Translations under genes and position numbers: made by a program
Notes under the pieces: generated by a model
What the model was told of the DNA's origin: nothing
Database searches by the model: none
Seen by the model: the letters and a program-made list of their open reading frames with translations, nothing else
Shown: positions 45,690 to 57,832 of the stretch, one piece after another
How positions within the stretch are numbered: the stretch's first letter is position 1
Layout of the letters: each line of letters opens with the position of its first letter
Source of the DNA: an uncultured Nitrososphaerales archaeon
Lineage (GTDB): Archaea > Thermoproteota > Nitrososphaeria > Nitrososphaerales > Nitrososphaeraceae
DNA length: 64,000 nucleotides
Direction of reading: 5' to 3'
Assembly: GCA_963713605.1 (NCBI GenBank)
Contig: CAVQMO010000001.1
Location: 608,001-672,000, forward strand

Positions 45690-46538
45690 TATTTACCAAA
45701 TTGCTTTATCTATTATCTTGGGTTTGGAATAATAGATGGTGGTACATAGTAGGAGGAATCAATGTACGTCTTCGGCTTGAACTTTAATCAGGCGTTTAGT
45801 TCTACTTGAATTAGCATGTGTCTGATGTTAAGACTACTATCATGTTCACATTCCTTCTGCTTGCACGATTCTAATTCTATACTATCGCGTCTCTCATTTA
45901 TGCCGTTATTGCAACAGGGCTAGACATAATCGCCTCCCCTTTTCTAATATCAGATATCGTCGTACTAATAAATTCCCAGAACTTCTTTTCGAATGAATGT
46001 GTTCTATAGGCTTCAATTCGCAGCAACTGGAACGGCGGCTATTCCGGCCGTGGCGGCAGCCGCTATGGCGGTTGGGACTACTATGTCTTTACCCCATGCA
46101 CCTGTTCGTATAGTTGTGAAGATCTGCACATTAAGTGAGGGTGACGTGTTCTTGTCTCATTAGATTCAATAAGGTTCAATCCCTTTTATACTTTTTAGAC
46201 TCGAAATATTTGACTTAATACTACTATCGACCCAGCACATTTTTAGAAATTTTAAAGCGCACCAAATATGTCACTGCACAATCAAAATGAGGACACAGCC
46301 TTCGCGGTTTGCTATCAGTGTTCATCAAAGTAAATTTATTGGGTCTCCATTCTCTCAAATTACACAGATGTCGTCGGTCTAAATTCTGTATTCTGTTGTT
46401 TCTTTGTAGGTATATGCACCTTGCCTTTGACCTTATGAAAGAACCATTCGCCTCTAGCCAAGGACATTGGCATACCTAATATCAAAAACTTATTATCCAG
46501 TACCAGGTACTCAAGATACATTATGTATGCATTAAAGA

Positions 46539-46925
46539 TTGCGAGTAGTAGTAGTAGCAGTAGTAGCAAGCATCTTCTTTAGTAGCTTGGCAGTAAGTAA
46601 CCTTTCCCTATTGGCTCAGGAAGCAACTCCCTCATTGGTAAAAGATGTATCAATACCGGCGAATGCAGCTACAATGGGAGACAAGGCATATTCACCTAAT
46701 CCAGTAGAAGTAAAGGTAGGAGGTGGAGTAACATGGTCCAACGATGACAGTCAAATTCATACGGCAACCTCTGGCAGTGCTGGTAGCGCAGATTCAGGAA
46801 GCGTATTTGACTCTAGTATTTTGTCCCCTGGTGCAACCTTCGATTTCGTCTTCGACACCGCAGGCACGTATGATTATTACTGTACTATGCATCCCCAAAT
46901 GGTCGGAACCGTCAATGTCTCTTAA
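46539..46925 (+). CDS. Plastocyanin/azurin-family blue copper protein
   Basis: Signal peptide; HTAT and YYCTMHPQM type-1 Cu ligands. Confidence 0.9.
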   Translation: MRVVVVAVVASIFFSSLAVSNLSLLAQEATPSLVKDVSIPANAATMGDKAYSPNPVEVKVGGGVTWSNDDSQIHTATSGSAGSADSGSVFDSSILSPGATFDFVFDTAGTYDYYCTMHPQMVGTVNVS

Positions 46926-47319
46926 TAATTCACTTCTCAAATTAGATCGAGTATGAGGGGGAAAGGAACAACAAACGTTAGCCATTGAATAAGTATTCCC
47001 TCGCGCATGATGACGAGCATAGGCAGAGGATATTTCGAACTTTTCTCACATTGATCTAGAACACTACTCTTTGAAGGCAGAATACAACAATTTGGAACAG
47101 AAGACGTAAGATGGCATGTTGCATTCTCTGACTCCTACACGTGTGCATATGATCTTGAGTAAGGAACATTATGCAGATAAGTAGTAGCAACTTTTCCTCA
47201 TAAAGATGGCATGAAGGGAAGACAGTAACATAGTGTAGTTGAGTATTATGTCTTTCTGATGATGATGATTTCAAATTTAGATACAATAGACTGTCTCAAA
47301 TGTAAGCTGTCAGATGACT

Positions 47320-47640
47320 ATGATGGATATATTACGCTAGGTACAATGCTGCGACTCTTGGCAATATTATATCTGGGGGAGGCTTTCACGTTCTATCCAA
47401 AATAGATCAAGAATTTTTGAGCCGAAATCAGACTAAATATCCTGCAAATTATAAGAGTCATGGAGATGCATTATGTGGACATTGCAAACGGTATCCTCAT
47501 TCAACTTGACCTAATGCCGACAATCGAAGGAAAATTTTGAACCATAATAATGCTTGTAGGTATCGGAATTATGGTGCTTTCATATCAAGCCTTGCTTCAG
47601 GGTTAACACGATTCCAGAACAGTCTGAAATTTCAGAAAAG
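47320..47640 (+). pseudogene. Degraded 2-TM potassium-channel-like fragment
   Basis: Pieces GDAL.WTLQTV, PTIEGKI*TIIMLVGIGI, GAFISSLASGL across frames. Confidence 0.4.
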
Positions 47641-47827
47641 GACCCAAAAACAATATTAAAGATAAGATTGGTGAAGGGCGAGATTACAAAGGAGACATAA
47701 TTGGATCTGTTAGGACTACTGTCCGAGTGATACTAGCTGGATAATACTAAGATACCACGGTACCACTGGATTTGCACAGCTGCGCGAAGCACTGACTTCA
47801 GATCGGAAGTATGAGGTGAGGGACTTC

Positions 47828-48304
47828 TTAACCTGAAGGGTCACCCTCGAGCTCAGCACCAGCGACTATTGCCGATTGATTTCTTGAAGAACCGACAGCA
47901 TCTGGAGATTCTTCCGTCACTTCAATTAGATTATACAAACTCGCGTTTGTTATCTGCTGAGTGGCTGCCAGTTCGTCATCAACAAGCTGCCCAACGGCTA
48001 TGTCATCGCCCGTAGAATTGTCTACTAACCAAGCTACATATACGGTGCCATTAGTTGGTGAGTCACTCATGTCCACCTGCACTCTTAGCCCGTACCGATC
48101 TGGCCCAATACTGAATGTACCCGCATTATTTCCCCCGAAAGGCGCATTATCCTCTGCTTCGGTGAGATCACCACTTTTTTCCTCTTCTTCCTGTGCGGAT
48201 GTGGAAGTAACAGGTAGATTCCCATTCATGGTTGGCATCAATACTGTCAAGGCCAAAGCCGTAATGGTAATTGCCATAATCTTTAATACATTAATCTTCG
48301 CCAA
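47828..48304 (-). CDS. Secreted protein with AWLVD motif, related to 43444-43893
   Basis: Signal peptide; VYVAWLVD..VGQL..IEVTEE. Confidence 0.65.
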   Translation of the reverse strand: MAKINVLKIMAITITALALTVLMPTMNGNLPVTSTSAQEEEEKSGDLTEAEDNAPFGGNNAGTFSIGPDRYGLRVQVDMSDSPTNGTVYVAWLVDNSTGDDIAVGQLVDDELAATQQITNASLYNLIEVTEESPDAVGSSRNQSAIVAGAELEGDPSG

Positions 48305-48982
48305 AAGCCTTCTATTACTCTTAAATACCCGGGTAGAATATTAATTTTGCTACCCTAGAGTAATCTTTTAGGCAAGAGGTTGAATGAATTCTATAGCTGT
48401 TATGTCCTAAAGTGAAGTCTGTTTCGGCTCGGTAACAATGAGATGAAGATAACCATGACAGGGTGATACTTAAATGTGCTCTCGATAATACGGGTATTCC
48501 TGCTAGGCAATTACAAAGCACATCAAGAAAATCCAAAGCCAACGGGTATCGCAAGTCTCTAATCAGTTCGAGGAAGGTTAAACAACGAATACCATAGAAA
48601 TTGTGGGCAATACCTAAGGATTGCTAACTTTAAGAGCGACTATGAGATCTGCTTGAAATAGCGAAATAACATTCATTCATCAATGGATCTGAAGTTTATC
48701 TCCTTTAGGTAAGCGCTCACTCATTTTGGCCAGTCCCGTATCATGCCTTTCCTCTCTACCTCAATTTTGGTTCGGGGGAATGGGACCGAAGCCCGCTGCA
48801 CCATTTTTATCCTAGTGCCGAGCAAATTACTATCCTGTCTGCGTTTGCTTTTAATATGCGGGACATTAATAGCCACATTAACTTGCTTTGAAGATATTTG
48901 AATCTCTGGGATTACTAAAACTTGTTCCAACTGTTATATTGTCAAATATAAAGACGATAGTCACTGGAACGTGTAATTCACT

Positions 48983-50269
48983 ATGACAATTGAACCAGAC
49001 GTACCTTTGAAGATTGGCTATTACAAGCTGATGATCTATGCGGCACTGTTCGCCGCTTTATCCTCCCTGCTTACTGTGGGTTATATCACACTTTATAATC
49101 AAGGCATCAAGTTCTTTGAGCAAGTAAACCTAACTGTACTTAATATCAACATATGGCCACTAGTCTTGCTCACGGTTGCGGGGGTATTTGTCGGCCTTGT
49201 TATCAAGAGATTTGGTCAGAATGGAGGACTGGGAGTTGTCCAGAGTCAATATGCTCAGACTGGCCGAATCAATCCTCGCAAAGTGCCAAGCATTTTGCTT
49301 CAAGCATTCATATCGTTGTGGAGTGGAGCTCCAGTTGGTCCTGAAGGTCCTCTTACTTTTCTGACTGGAGGTTTCGGAACCTATCTTTCAGAACGACTCA
49401 AACTCAAGAAAGATGATGTTCAAGTACTTGTTTACAGTTCAATAGCGGGAGCATTCGGCGGCTTCTTTGGTTCACCCGTGATTGGAGCTGTTGGAGCCAT
49501 CGAGTACATGTTCATTAGAGAGCTGGATTTAGGTCGTCATTTGATTCCAGGCCTACTTGCTGGCGCTGTTGGATTTGGCGTCTACTCCGCAATACTACAG
49601 CAGTCATTTCTAGGAATTTACAGTTTCCCCGAATATGCGTCACCGCGCCTTGTTGATTTGTGGTGGGCTTTACTTGTAGGCATCATAGCTGGGTTTGGCG
49701 GAATTATGTTCAAGTTAATCTTCGGTATTGTTCACCGTGTATTTGCCCGGTTTGCCAAAAGACCGGTTGGCTTGGCAATCCTCGGTGGCATGGTCATAGG
49801 CCTCATCGGGACGTTTCTTCCATTGACTCTGTACTCTGGTCAGACTCAGTTGCTGCAAATTATCCATAACCCTGCCTCCTTTGGCATAGGACTTTTGCTT
49901 GTTATGGTTGTTGTTAAAGCACTCCTGACAAGCACATCATTTGCCACAGGATTGGAGGGTGGGCCTGTATTCCCGTTACTTTTCATGGGTGGTACGTTAG
50001 GGCTTGCGATTTCCAAGGGCTTCACATTCATTCCTGAAGGAGTGGCAGTGACCGTGGGGATGGCAGCCCTTGCGTGCGCTGTCTTCCCAATGCCTTTGAC
50101 GATATCTCTCTTACTCGGGCTTATGGGAGGACAAACAGATCTATTGCCGGTAATTGTTATTGGGGCAGTCATCGGTTTCATAGTATCGAAAGCGATCACG
50201 CCCCTACTTCCGAAACCTCATTCACAGTCGTCTGGTAATGAAGGAGGCAAGCAGCAAGTGTCAAAATAA
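48983..50269 (+). CDS. ClC family chloride channel/antiporter
   Basis: GPEGP gating motif, GGPVFP, many TM helices. Confidence 0.88.
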   Translation: MTIEPDVPLKIGYYKLMIYAALFAALSSLLTVGYITLYNQGIKFFEQVNLTVLNINIWPLVLLTVAGVFVGLVIKRFGQNGGLGVVQSQYAQTGRINPRKVPSILLQAFISLWSGAPVGPEGPLTFLTGGFGTYLSERLKLKKDDVQVLVYSSIAGAFGGFFGSPVIGAVGAIEYMFIRELDLGRHLIPGLLAGAVGFGVYSAILQQSFLGIYSFPEYASPRLVDLWWALLVGIIAGFGGIMFKLIFGIVHRVFARFAKRPVGLAILGGMVIGLIGTFLPLTLYSGQTQLLQIIHNPASFGIGLLLVMVVVKALLTSTSFATGLEGGPVFPLLFMGGTLGLAISKGFTFIPEGVAVTVGMAALACAVFPMPLTISLLLGLMGGQTDLLPVIVIGAVIGFIVSKAITPLLPKPHSQSSGNEGGKQQVSK

Positions 50270-50560
50270 TTTTGTATTTGCAGGCATCGAAATAGAGTAG
50301 TTATCCTTGCTCCCTTTTGCACTTTGTTCAATCCTGACGCTGTAGGGAAACGTTATCGACTTAATTGTAGTAATAAGATTTACATTGTTCCCATCATCGC
50401 TGCTATCATTATCTTCACTCGACTATGATTCATCGCGACTTAACTTATCTAGCATACTGTATCCTTCCAACAGATACTTATTTTTATCGAAAATTATCAT
50501 ATTAGTATGTGAATAACGATCTATGAGTTTCACGGTGAAGCACTGTATCAATTTGTTTAC

Positions 50561-50907
50561 ATGGGTGTTTACACATTAAGTGGCAAACCACGCTGGGCTT
50601 GTGCCCTATGTGGCATGTACTCGTCGCGCAAGTGCAGTGGAAGCGGCATATTAATAACTTACATGAGGGTTTAGGAAATATTGTTTCGTTCATTGATTAT
50701 GCTGCTAATCCTAATTACTTGCTTAAGCAGACCCCGACGGCAGCTCCTAGGACTAGGCCATTAGATGTTATGAAAGATGACACGTCTTCTTTGTTCCAAA
50801 AGGCGCCAGATGGTCAGTTCTCGCGAGCACTGCTGAGAATATTGAAGAGACTTACGACGAAAGATCTTGGTAATGAATTGAATAGTGGTGAATGTCCTCC
50901 TAGTTAG
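50561..50907 (+). pseudogene. C2H2 zinc-finger protein, frameshifted
   Basis: CALC-GMYSSRKCSxKR-HINNLH reconstructed across a frameshift near 50638. Confidence 0.55.
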
Positions 50908-51668
50908 TATAGAGACGATCCCCCATCTAATTTCTTTATTTAGAAATATCAGTACTTAATAAAAGTAGTATCTGTCTCTATGGCAGGCCGATTGTTCACA
51001 AGTCATCATGTGAATTTGTTTCTTTAACGAGCGATTCCTCTCCATTCTCTATGGCAGTCCGTAATGATATGATTAATTTGTTATGGCATGGATGGATAAC
51101 GACCACTCCATTTCGATACTCTAAAAGTTCCTTCTGCTGCTTCAGAAGATAGTGATATCCTGTTATGATCTATGACGCCATTCGCCCGTGCGTGCTCCAA
51201 AGCTAAAAATTCCGTGGTCACTGTCAGTTGTCCATGTTACAGTTGCATTTCCCTCTGCAAAAATCCCGGTGTAAGTACAATCTTTAATGGGAGCGAAGTC
51301 TAGGTTGAGAGTTGCACTTAACATAACGCTTATTCCGATTAGTCCCTGAGGACATGACGTACGGCTGGGGGCACTTACGGCAAGTCGGCTTCGCATACAT
51401 ACGGCAATGATAATATTAGTATGGACATCACTGAAATTTAACGAGGAATCTAGGCAGATCAACGACATAACGCTATGCAAATCCTATTATAATACGCTAG
51501 CTGCTAATTACGAGAATCCTGGAGGATTGAGAGCTCATAGTGAATGATGTGATGTTCGTTGCACCCTTTTCTAAAAGCACGTAGACTCAAATGGATAGCG
51601 ACGTTCAAGGTAAATAGAAATTTCTTAACAATAAACCTTATTAAAATCTATGATAATCAACTTTTGGA

Positions 51669-52091
51669 TTGAATGTGTTCACAAACCTAAACATGTATTC
51701 TCTGGGTTTTAGTGCTTTGATAGTGCTTGCAGCCTTATTGATCACGCCAAATTACATGCTATCAGTTCATGCTCAGCTGGTCTATATGGATGAGGTTGTA
51801 GAAGTCAAGATTTCAAAGGGATCTTCAGCTATTAATAATACTCAATTCTATGCACCTCCTGAAGTTCAAGTAGCTGCTGGTAGCAGTATCAAATGGACCA
51901 ATGATGACAATGTCATTCATACGGTAACCCAAGGCAAGCCGTCAGAAGGTGCAAATTCTACAGGGTTTAATTCAGGTCCAATCCAGCCCGGGGGCACATA
52001 TGTGCACTTTTTTGATGAAAGCGGTGCAGTCGATTACTACTGCACTATCCATCCGCACATGATAGGAAAGGTTATTGTAAATCCGTACTGA
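51669..52091 (+). CDS. Plastocyanin/azurin-family blue copper protein
   Basis: HTVT and YYCTIHPHM ligands; N-terminal signal/TM. Confidence 0.9.
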   Translation: MNVFTNLNMYSLGFSALIVLAALLITPNYMLSVHAQLVYMDEVVEVKISKGSSAINNTQFYAPPEVQVAAGSSIKWTNDDNVIHTVTQGKPSEGANSTGFNSGPIQPGGTYVHFFDESGAVDYYCTIHPHMIGKVIVNPY

Positions 52092-52440
52092 GTGGACACG
52101 ATAAAAAGTTCAAGGGGGGGAGAGAAATGAGTAAATTGTGAACTGCGGATTATATCTACTGGCTGGCACAGGCGAAATCATGTTAGACGCCGCTTCCAAT
52201 ACTTTGACTCAACTTTAGCAAATGCATGACCCCCTAACGAATATTCACAAATCAGTTGCAGACCTATGTTTGAAGGCCGCTGGTATGCAAATGGGAACTA
52301 CAAATCATCCAGCACATTGCGATTCGTCCATGATTTGGAACTAGGTTCACAATCCGCAACAATTTCTAGTTGTTGTATAAGAATATCTGGCACCTTCTCT
52401 GCATCCTGGACAGATCCCTGATGTGGAAAGAGATGGGCCA

Positions 52441-52778
52441 GATGAAAAAGGCGAGGCTAACTGCTGGGGCAAGGTAACAAGTGACGCCGCAAATGATAAC
52501 GATGGTGATGGACTAGCACCTGGTGAGTTCGGTCAACACGCAGCAAATCCAACAGGTGATGATGACAACGACACGCCAAGGGAAGGAGTAGGAAACTAAT
52601 ATGAGGATCATCCAAGTGACCATGCTGACACCGTAGGTCCAAGGTTCGGCTCCGATGAAGAATGTACAAATGACTGGCACAACTTGGATCGATGGGAGAC
52701 CATTCAAACAATCCAAAAGGTGGCGATAATAATGACAGTACTCGTGGCGGTGTAGGAAATCAGGACGAAGATCTATAG
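52441..52778 (+). pseudogene. Remnant of an Asp/His-rich repeat protein
   Basis: GQHAANPTGDDDNDTPREGVGN* and GDHSNNPKGGDNNDSTRGGVGNQ on the + strand. Confidence 0.45.
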
Positions 52779-52969
52779 AGGATTATTTTATCGTGATGGC
52801 AGCAGGGCCACTAACTCTCTTTTTTATGCATTTTTAATGGAATATGTCATGCAGGGTTTGGTGAAGGAATGCTAGATAAGGAATCATCTTCACATGATGA
52901 CCTCTGATTCATTCAGGATGTCGTTAATGTTTTGGCATTGAAGAAAGGCTAAATATTCTGAGTGGTTGA

Positions 52970-53269
52970 ATGAATTTAGTTATGTCGGCCTCAGGGAGTT
53001 ATGTAGCCCCCGAAGAGAGGGAAAGAAGGCTACGCGAACTTGCTAATAGACTTATTGATGAAGAGCGAGTTGAACACGATACCGTGAGTCAAACAAAACG
53101 CGAGAATGCAAATATCAAGCAGGATTTGACCAGGGAGTTTTTGAAATTCATAAAGATTAGTGAAGAATGTGAAATGGATCGTGCCATATTAGAGGCAGTT
53201 GTTTACAAGAACATTGCTGAAGAAATACATACTGCTCTGAAAAAGTTTGATAATGTGGAAACCTGGTAA
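52970..53269 (+). CDS. Hypothetical protein
   Basis: 99-aa charged helical ORF. Confidence 0.6.
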   Translation: MNLVMSASGSYVAPEERERRLRELANRLIDEERVEHDTVSQTKRENANIKQDLTREFLKFIKISEECEMDRAILEAVVYKNIAEEIHTALKKFDNVETW

Positions 53270-53522
53270 GGGATTACAAGAAGTTTTAGAAAAAGGTAAG
53301 AAAATGAAATGGAAGATAAATGAATTGACACAAATGTCAGGGAAGGGAGGCATATGCGGTATAGTAAATTGCTTCAACAAGCCTGCTGAGCCAACCACTC
53401 AATGTAAAAAATGCACCAATTATTACTGTTCAGAACATTTTCCCTCTCACCTTGACATATTACCAGACGGGGACTTTGAGTACGCTAGTTCAAATGAAGG
53501 TCTAGAACGCTCTATGGATTGA
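53247..53522 (+). CDS. Small Cys/His-rich (AN1-like) zinc-finger protein
   Basis: CGIVNC..CKKC..YCSEH..H; true start may be downstream. Confidence 0.6.
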   Translation: MIMWKPGKGLQEVLEKGKKMKWKINELTQMSGKGGICGIVNCFNKPAEPTTQCKKCTNYYCSEHFPSHLDILPDGDFEYASSNEGLERSMD

Positions 53523-53683
53523 CGTTACTAGTTCAAGAGCAACAAAGTCCTAAGCGTGAAATCGCTTGCGATATGATGCGATTTGTGGGGCTTTTTAAAC
53601 CGCTTATTGATGCTAGAATGATTATAGATAGGATTTGCTATGTGAAGCTAGTACTCTAGATAGTCTTTTTAAGAAATCAGTAC

Positions 53684-54340
53684 ATGTATTACTTTGCATT
53701 GAATATGAAAGAACATTATTTGGTGATGAAACGCTGTGAATTCAAGACTGCAATGGCGCTACTCTTCAGTTCTCTATGCTTGTTCACTTCTGGGCCAGCA
53801 GGCTTTTTGTCAGTTGCAGTAGCACAAGAAGAAGTCGAGTCTATTCCTGGGAGTAATTTGGAAGCTGTCCGCTGTGAGCCAATGACGGGTAATGTTACTC
53901 TTCCTTCTGCAAAAGAGGACGTTCTTCCACCTAACATGTATGTGATCTACGGAGATAGAACATATCAAGGAGAGCTGTCGCAATCCAAATACAGAGAAGG
54001 TGAAACATTTGGCAATCTTGACATTCTTCCAGAAAATGTTAGTTCAGATCTCCCAGCTGAGGCTGTAGAGATAATAAAAGATACGTGCGCACAGTTCGTT
54101 GTAGTGGGAACTCCTAGGACCTTGCCACCTGATAGTCTGGATATATCTGCCTACGCGATTAATGGCACTTCTGTTGCTGTGCTAAATGCTACGGAAGAGG
54201 ATGCAAGTACATTTAGAATTAACTTGCCCATAGGAACATACGTACTTTTGACTTCAGCTACTTGGATTCCCTCCTCTGCAAACGAATATGTCACCGGCTA
54301 TGTGATATACAAATTTCTAGCTAATGTCACTGAGAAGTAA
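53684..54340 (+). CDS. Secreted hypothetical protein
   Basis: Signal peptide ending AVAQ; beta-rich. Confidence 0.65.
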   Translation: MYYFALNMKEHYLVMKRCEFKTAMALLFSSLCLFTSGPAGFLSVAVAQEEVESIPGSNLEAVRCEPMTGNVTLPSAKEDVLPPNMYVIYGDRTYQGELSQSKYREGETFGNLDILPENVSSDLPAEAVEIIKDTCAQFVVVGTPRTLPPDSLDISAYAINGTSVAVLNATEEDASTFRINLPIGTYVLLTSATWIPSSANEYVTGYVIYKFLANVTEK

Positions 54341-54837
54341 GAGTGTTGGAGCTAGTAAGATTCTATACGAATTAGATAGACAGGTTATGCATTTGGCACC
54401 GGTTGAGTTGATAACAAAGCTGTGGAGGCAGGACTAGTCTATCGCACCGATTTATTTTTCGAAACGGCAATTTAAGCTCAAAAACATTCTGGGGTGACAG
54501 ATTCTTTCTCTGCCTGCGAATTTCGGTCAGGGTTTGCTTGCATAGGTACGTTGATATAGATAACCCCATTGTTTACGTCGGATACTAGGTCTGATATCTC
54601 TTTAAATTCCACTTGCAATTAGCCTTGAACGTACATTAGACAATTGAATTAATGATTAGACTAATAAATTTGTGCGTGCCACCCGAAAGGAACGAAAATG
54701 TTTCAATTGATGAAGATTCCAACAAATTATATGATACTGAATGCCAGCAACAGAAGAGCCTTTCAAGAGAATTTTATCTGCTTCATTTATAGAAGAGACT
54801 TTCAACGAATACAGATTCGCGGATTCTGGAAAAGTGA

Positions 54838-56335
54838 TTATTTTCCAGACAATTCTCTTCTTATTCTGGCAAGTACATCTTTCATCTGTTCCTTAGTTTC
54901 TTGGTATCCATCTTGAATTAACTGTTGGATTGTAGTTTTTGAAAAGTCAAATGTCTTATTTGAAATAGTGTGACTGTCATTCTTTCGGTTCAAACGAACA
55001 ACAAAATCAACATCTACGTTAGCCTTAATTAAATCCTCAAACCTAAAATGCTTCCCAGTGGCAAGATAGACTGCCTTGGTTTCTTCCTTCAGAGTCTTTT
55101 GCAGGACCTCTTTGCTCACACCATTTTCTTCGGCTAATTTAATGAGAGTTTTGGCTAGGCTTATGAAATCAGACACTAGAACTGCAACATTCTCGTCAAA
55201 GGCTGTTCGGTCATGGAATATGATATCATTCTTTCTATCAACAACACCGTCATAATCTGAAGGAAGGTAATCTTGTTTGGCTGGATGAAGATTTATTATG
55301 CCGTATCTCAGTCTGGGTATGTTCTCTTCTAGTTTCCTCACTTTATGCCAATATTCCCGATGAGCAAGTACGGTCTGTCTTAGTGGAGTATTAACTAATA
55401 GCCCACCATCCCAGAAACTGCGTAAGCTCGCTATTGCCATTCGTAGAAGAAGAAGAAGGCCTAATATTGTCTCCAGTATCTGCGTTGTCGTCTTGCGCTT
55501 CACCGACCAAAACACGGTTTTCCACATTTAGTCTAGTATAGTCATAATTTACCGGAACTGAACAGCTTGCCAAGACGAAATCTGCCTTAATGCCATCGTC
55601 GTATCTTATGACATGTTCATATCCCTCTGTATTCTCCTGATCATTCTCGGAACGACCAAATTTCACTCTACCGTATTTCCCATATTCTGATTTCCTAGTT
55701 CCATCCTCTTTTTCATAACTATCAAAAACCACAGGCGTAAGCTCCTGTACATCCACAGCAACTAGCAAGAGCCTTGGTTCGTTATTTTCGTAGCTTGTGG
55801 AAATAGGAAATTTTGCAAACTTTTCTAGGCTTTCCTTTAATGGTCTGTTGTCATAGATGTACCACGTATTTGATGGATCAAAAAACCTATGGTCTAGCAA
55901 GGGCGTCTTAGGTACAAATACGTTAGGAACTCCCTTCAAAATAAATTCCTTAGTGCTGAAATATCTTCTGGCTGATTCTCCAGATGCAATTCGTCTATCT
56001 AATTTACGCCAAGAATCCCAGTATGAGGTAAAGTAGGGAATGTTTTCAACAGATGGTTGTGTAGAAAGGTATTCCCAAAAATCGACAAGCCTTTCACTTG
56101 ATCCTTCCCATGTTTTATTTTCCTTTACATAGCTTACCAATAAAGCGGCATTTATCGCGCCTATTGACGTTCCAGATACGATATGAAATATTGGCTCGTT
56201 TTCCCTGCCTTCTGTTCTAAAGTATGCTGAAAGATCCTCATTGATAGCTTTGTAAGCACCTGCTTCATATGCACCAAGCGAACCCCCTCCTTGAAATATT
56301 AGAGCTCTGTTGACGCTGGGTTTCATAAATCTCAT
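54838..56335 (-). CDS. Patatin-like phospholipase, frameshift near 55425
   Basis: GGGSLG, GTSIG, WDGG motifs over two ORFs. Confidence 0.9.
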
Positions 56336-56773
56336 TCACACCATCTGGTATATTTATTATTGTAATGTGGTCACACCGTATGCGGGTACGGGACGTTTCA
56401 AGCATAACATGGGTTCGACTAAACTTAATGCTATTTCATATGCAATATAGAGAATGGAGTAGCAAAGTGGAATAACGTTTCCGCATCAGTTACCACTCTT
56501 AATTTGAAATAATGTGTATATACCCTCGCAGCTAATAATTATTACATGAGGATCCTATGTCGACATTACATGTGATGCGACAGTAGCATTGGCTCACGTC
56601 TATCGGCACGAGATTCACAGTTCATCAGCGGAGAAAAGTTGCAATTGATTAACGAAATCGATACTAAATAGCATATGACGTAAACCAGATAATGGAGACT
56701 CATGAAAAAATTTCATACCATATTAGCAAGTACTAAAGTGCGATCACTACAATCCATGATATCACCGTCTACC

Positions 56774-56834
<61 letters not shown>

Positions 56835-57054
56835 CTCAACAATCATTACTACTCTAGAGTATCCTTGCACTCTAAAGCCTTTTCCCCAATCTTTCATTAC
56901 CTTTGTAATCCAAAACTGTTCTTCGTAAAAGGAGCACCTAAAATGGTTACAGCATTGAATAGTTAATGGCTGCCAGTAGAACAATACATTAGGATACTGC
57001 AAAGGAGAATGTGTGCTAAGAGCATAAGTAGAAGAAGTCCTTTACCAATAACTG

Positions 57055-57552
57055 TTGACTCACCCAGACTTACCTTTTCTGCAGTCAGATAGAATAATAT
57101 TCAAACTATATGCCTGCGAAGAGCATTTGAAGAACATAAAAAATATTAAGTTTCAACATGGAGATCTCTTATCGAAAAATGCACGAATAAGCGCTGAGAT
57201 GGAAATAGACTCCTTGGTTTCACAAATGATTGGAACCTTTGATTCTCTCCTATTTAGGATAATTGATAGGTTTCAGTTATCCGGCATTCCAAGTGATAAA
57301 ATTAATATAGTGAAAGTAATTAGCGTGCTATCTGCTGAAAGTAAGAAAATTGAACTGGCAAACGAATTAGAGAAAGCAAATAGGGAAGGCAACTGGTATT
57401 GGATGATAAACCATTTAAGAAATTATTCATTGCATGGTTCATTACTTTCGGCAGATGCATCTCTGGACGTTATTCCATATTTTGAGCAGGCTCTGGTTCA
57501 GCTTAAGGATTTCATTAATATTGTCAAAATAAAGGAACCGATATTGCAGTGA
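57055..57552 (+). CDS. Hypothetical helical protein
   Basis: 165-aa ORF; LRNYSLH resembles the HEPN RxxxxH motif. Confidence 0.6.
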   Translation: MTHPDLPFLQSDRIIFKLYACEEHLKNIKNIKFQHGDLLSKNARISAEMEIDSLVSQMIGTFDSLLFRIIDRFQLSGIPSDKINIVKVISVLSAESKKIELANELEKANREGNWYWMINHLRNYSLHGSLLSADASLDVIPYFEQALVQLKDFINIVKIKEPILQ

Positions 57553-57832
57553 ATGCATAACGCTAACCTCTCTGATTGGAGAATATAGAGATCAGCATCT
57601 TAGTATACGTATATTGATTCAATATTCCTATCATTATGAGCTGGGCATTTTTGGTATAAGAAATCATCGCCTTGCAAATAGTGATCTTGATCCTAGTTTC
57701 ATAGCATTAGTGTCAGGATGAATAATCGTGGGGTAAGTCCACAGGGCCCAGAAGTTTCTATCTCGCTTTTAGATGTAATTAATGATACCAGTTTGCAAAC
57801 AAATTGATCTGCATCAAAGCAGATTGGCTTGA

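Noticed and set aside
46020..46085. GC-rich patch with short inverted repeats (possible ncRNA)
   Set aside because: No recognisable RNA family; reads equally well as an Ala-rich coding remnant on the minus strand
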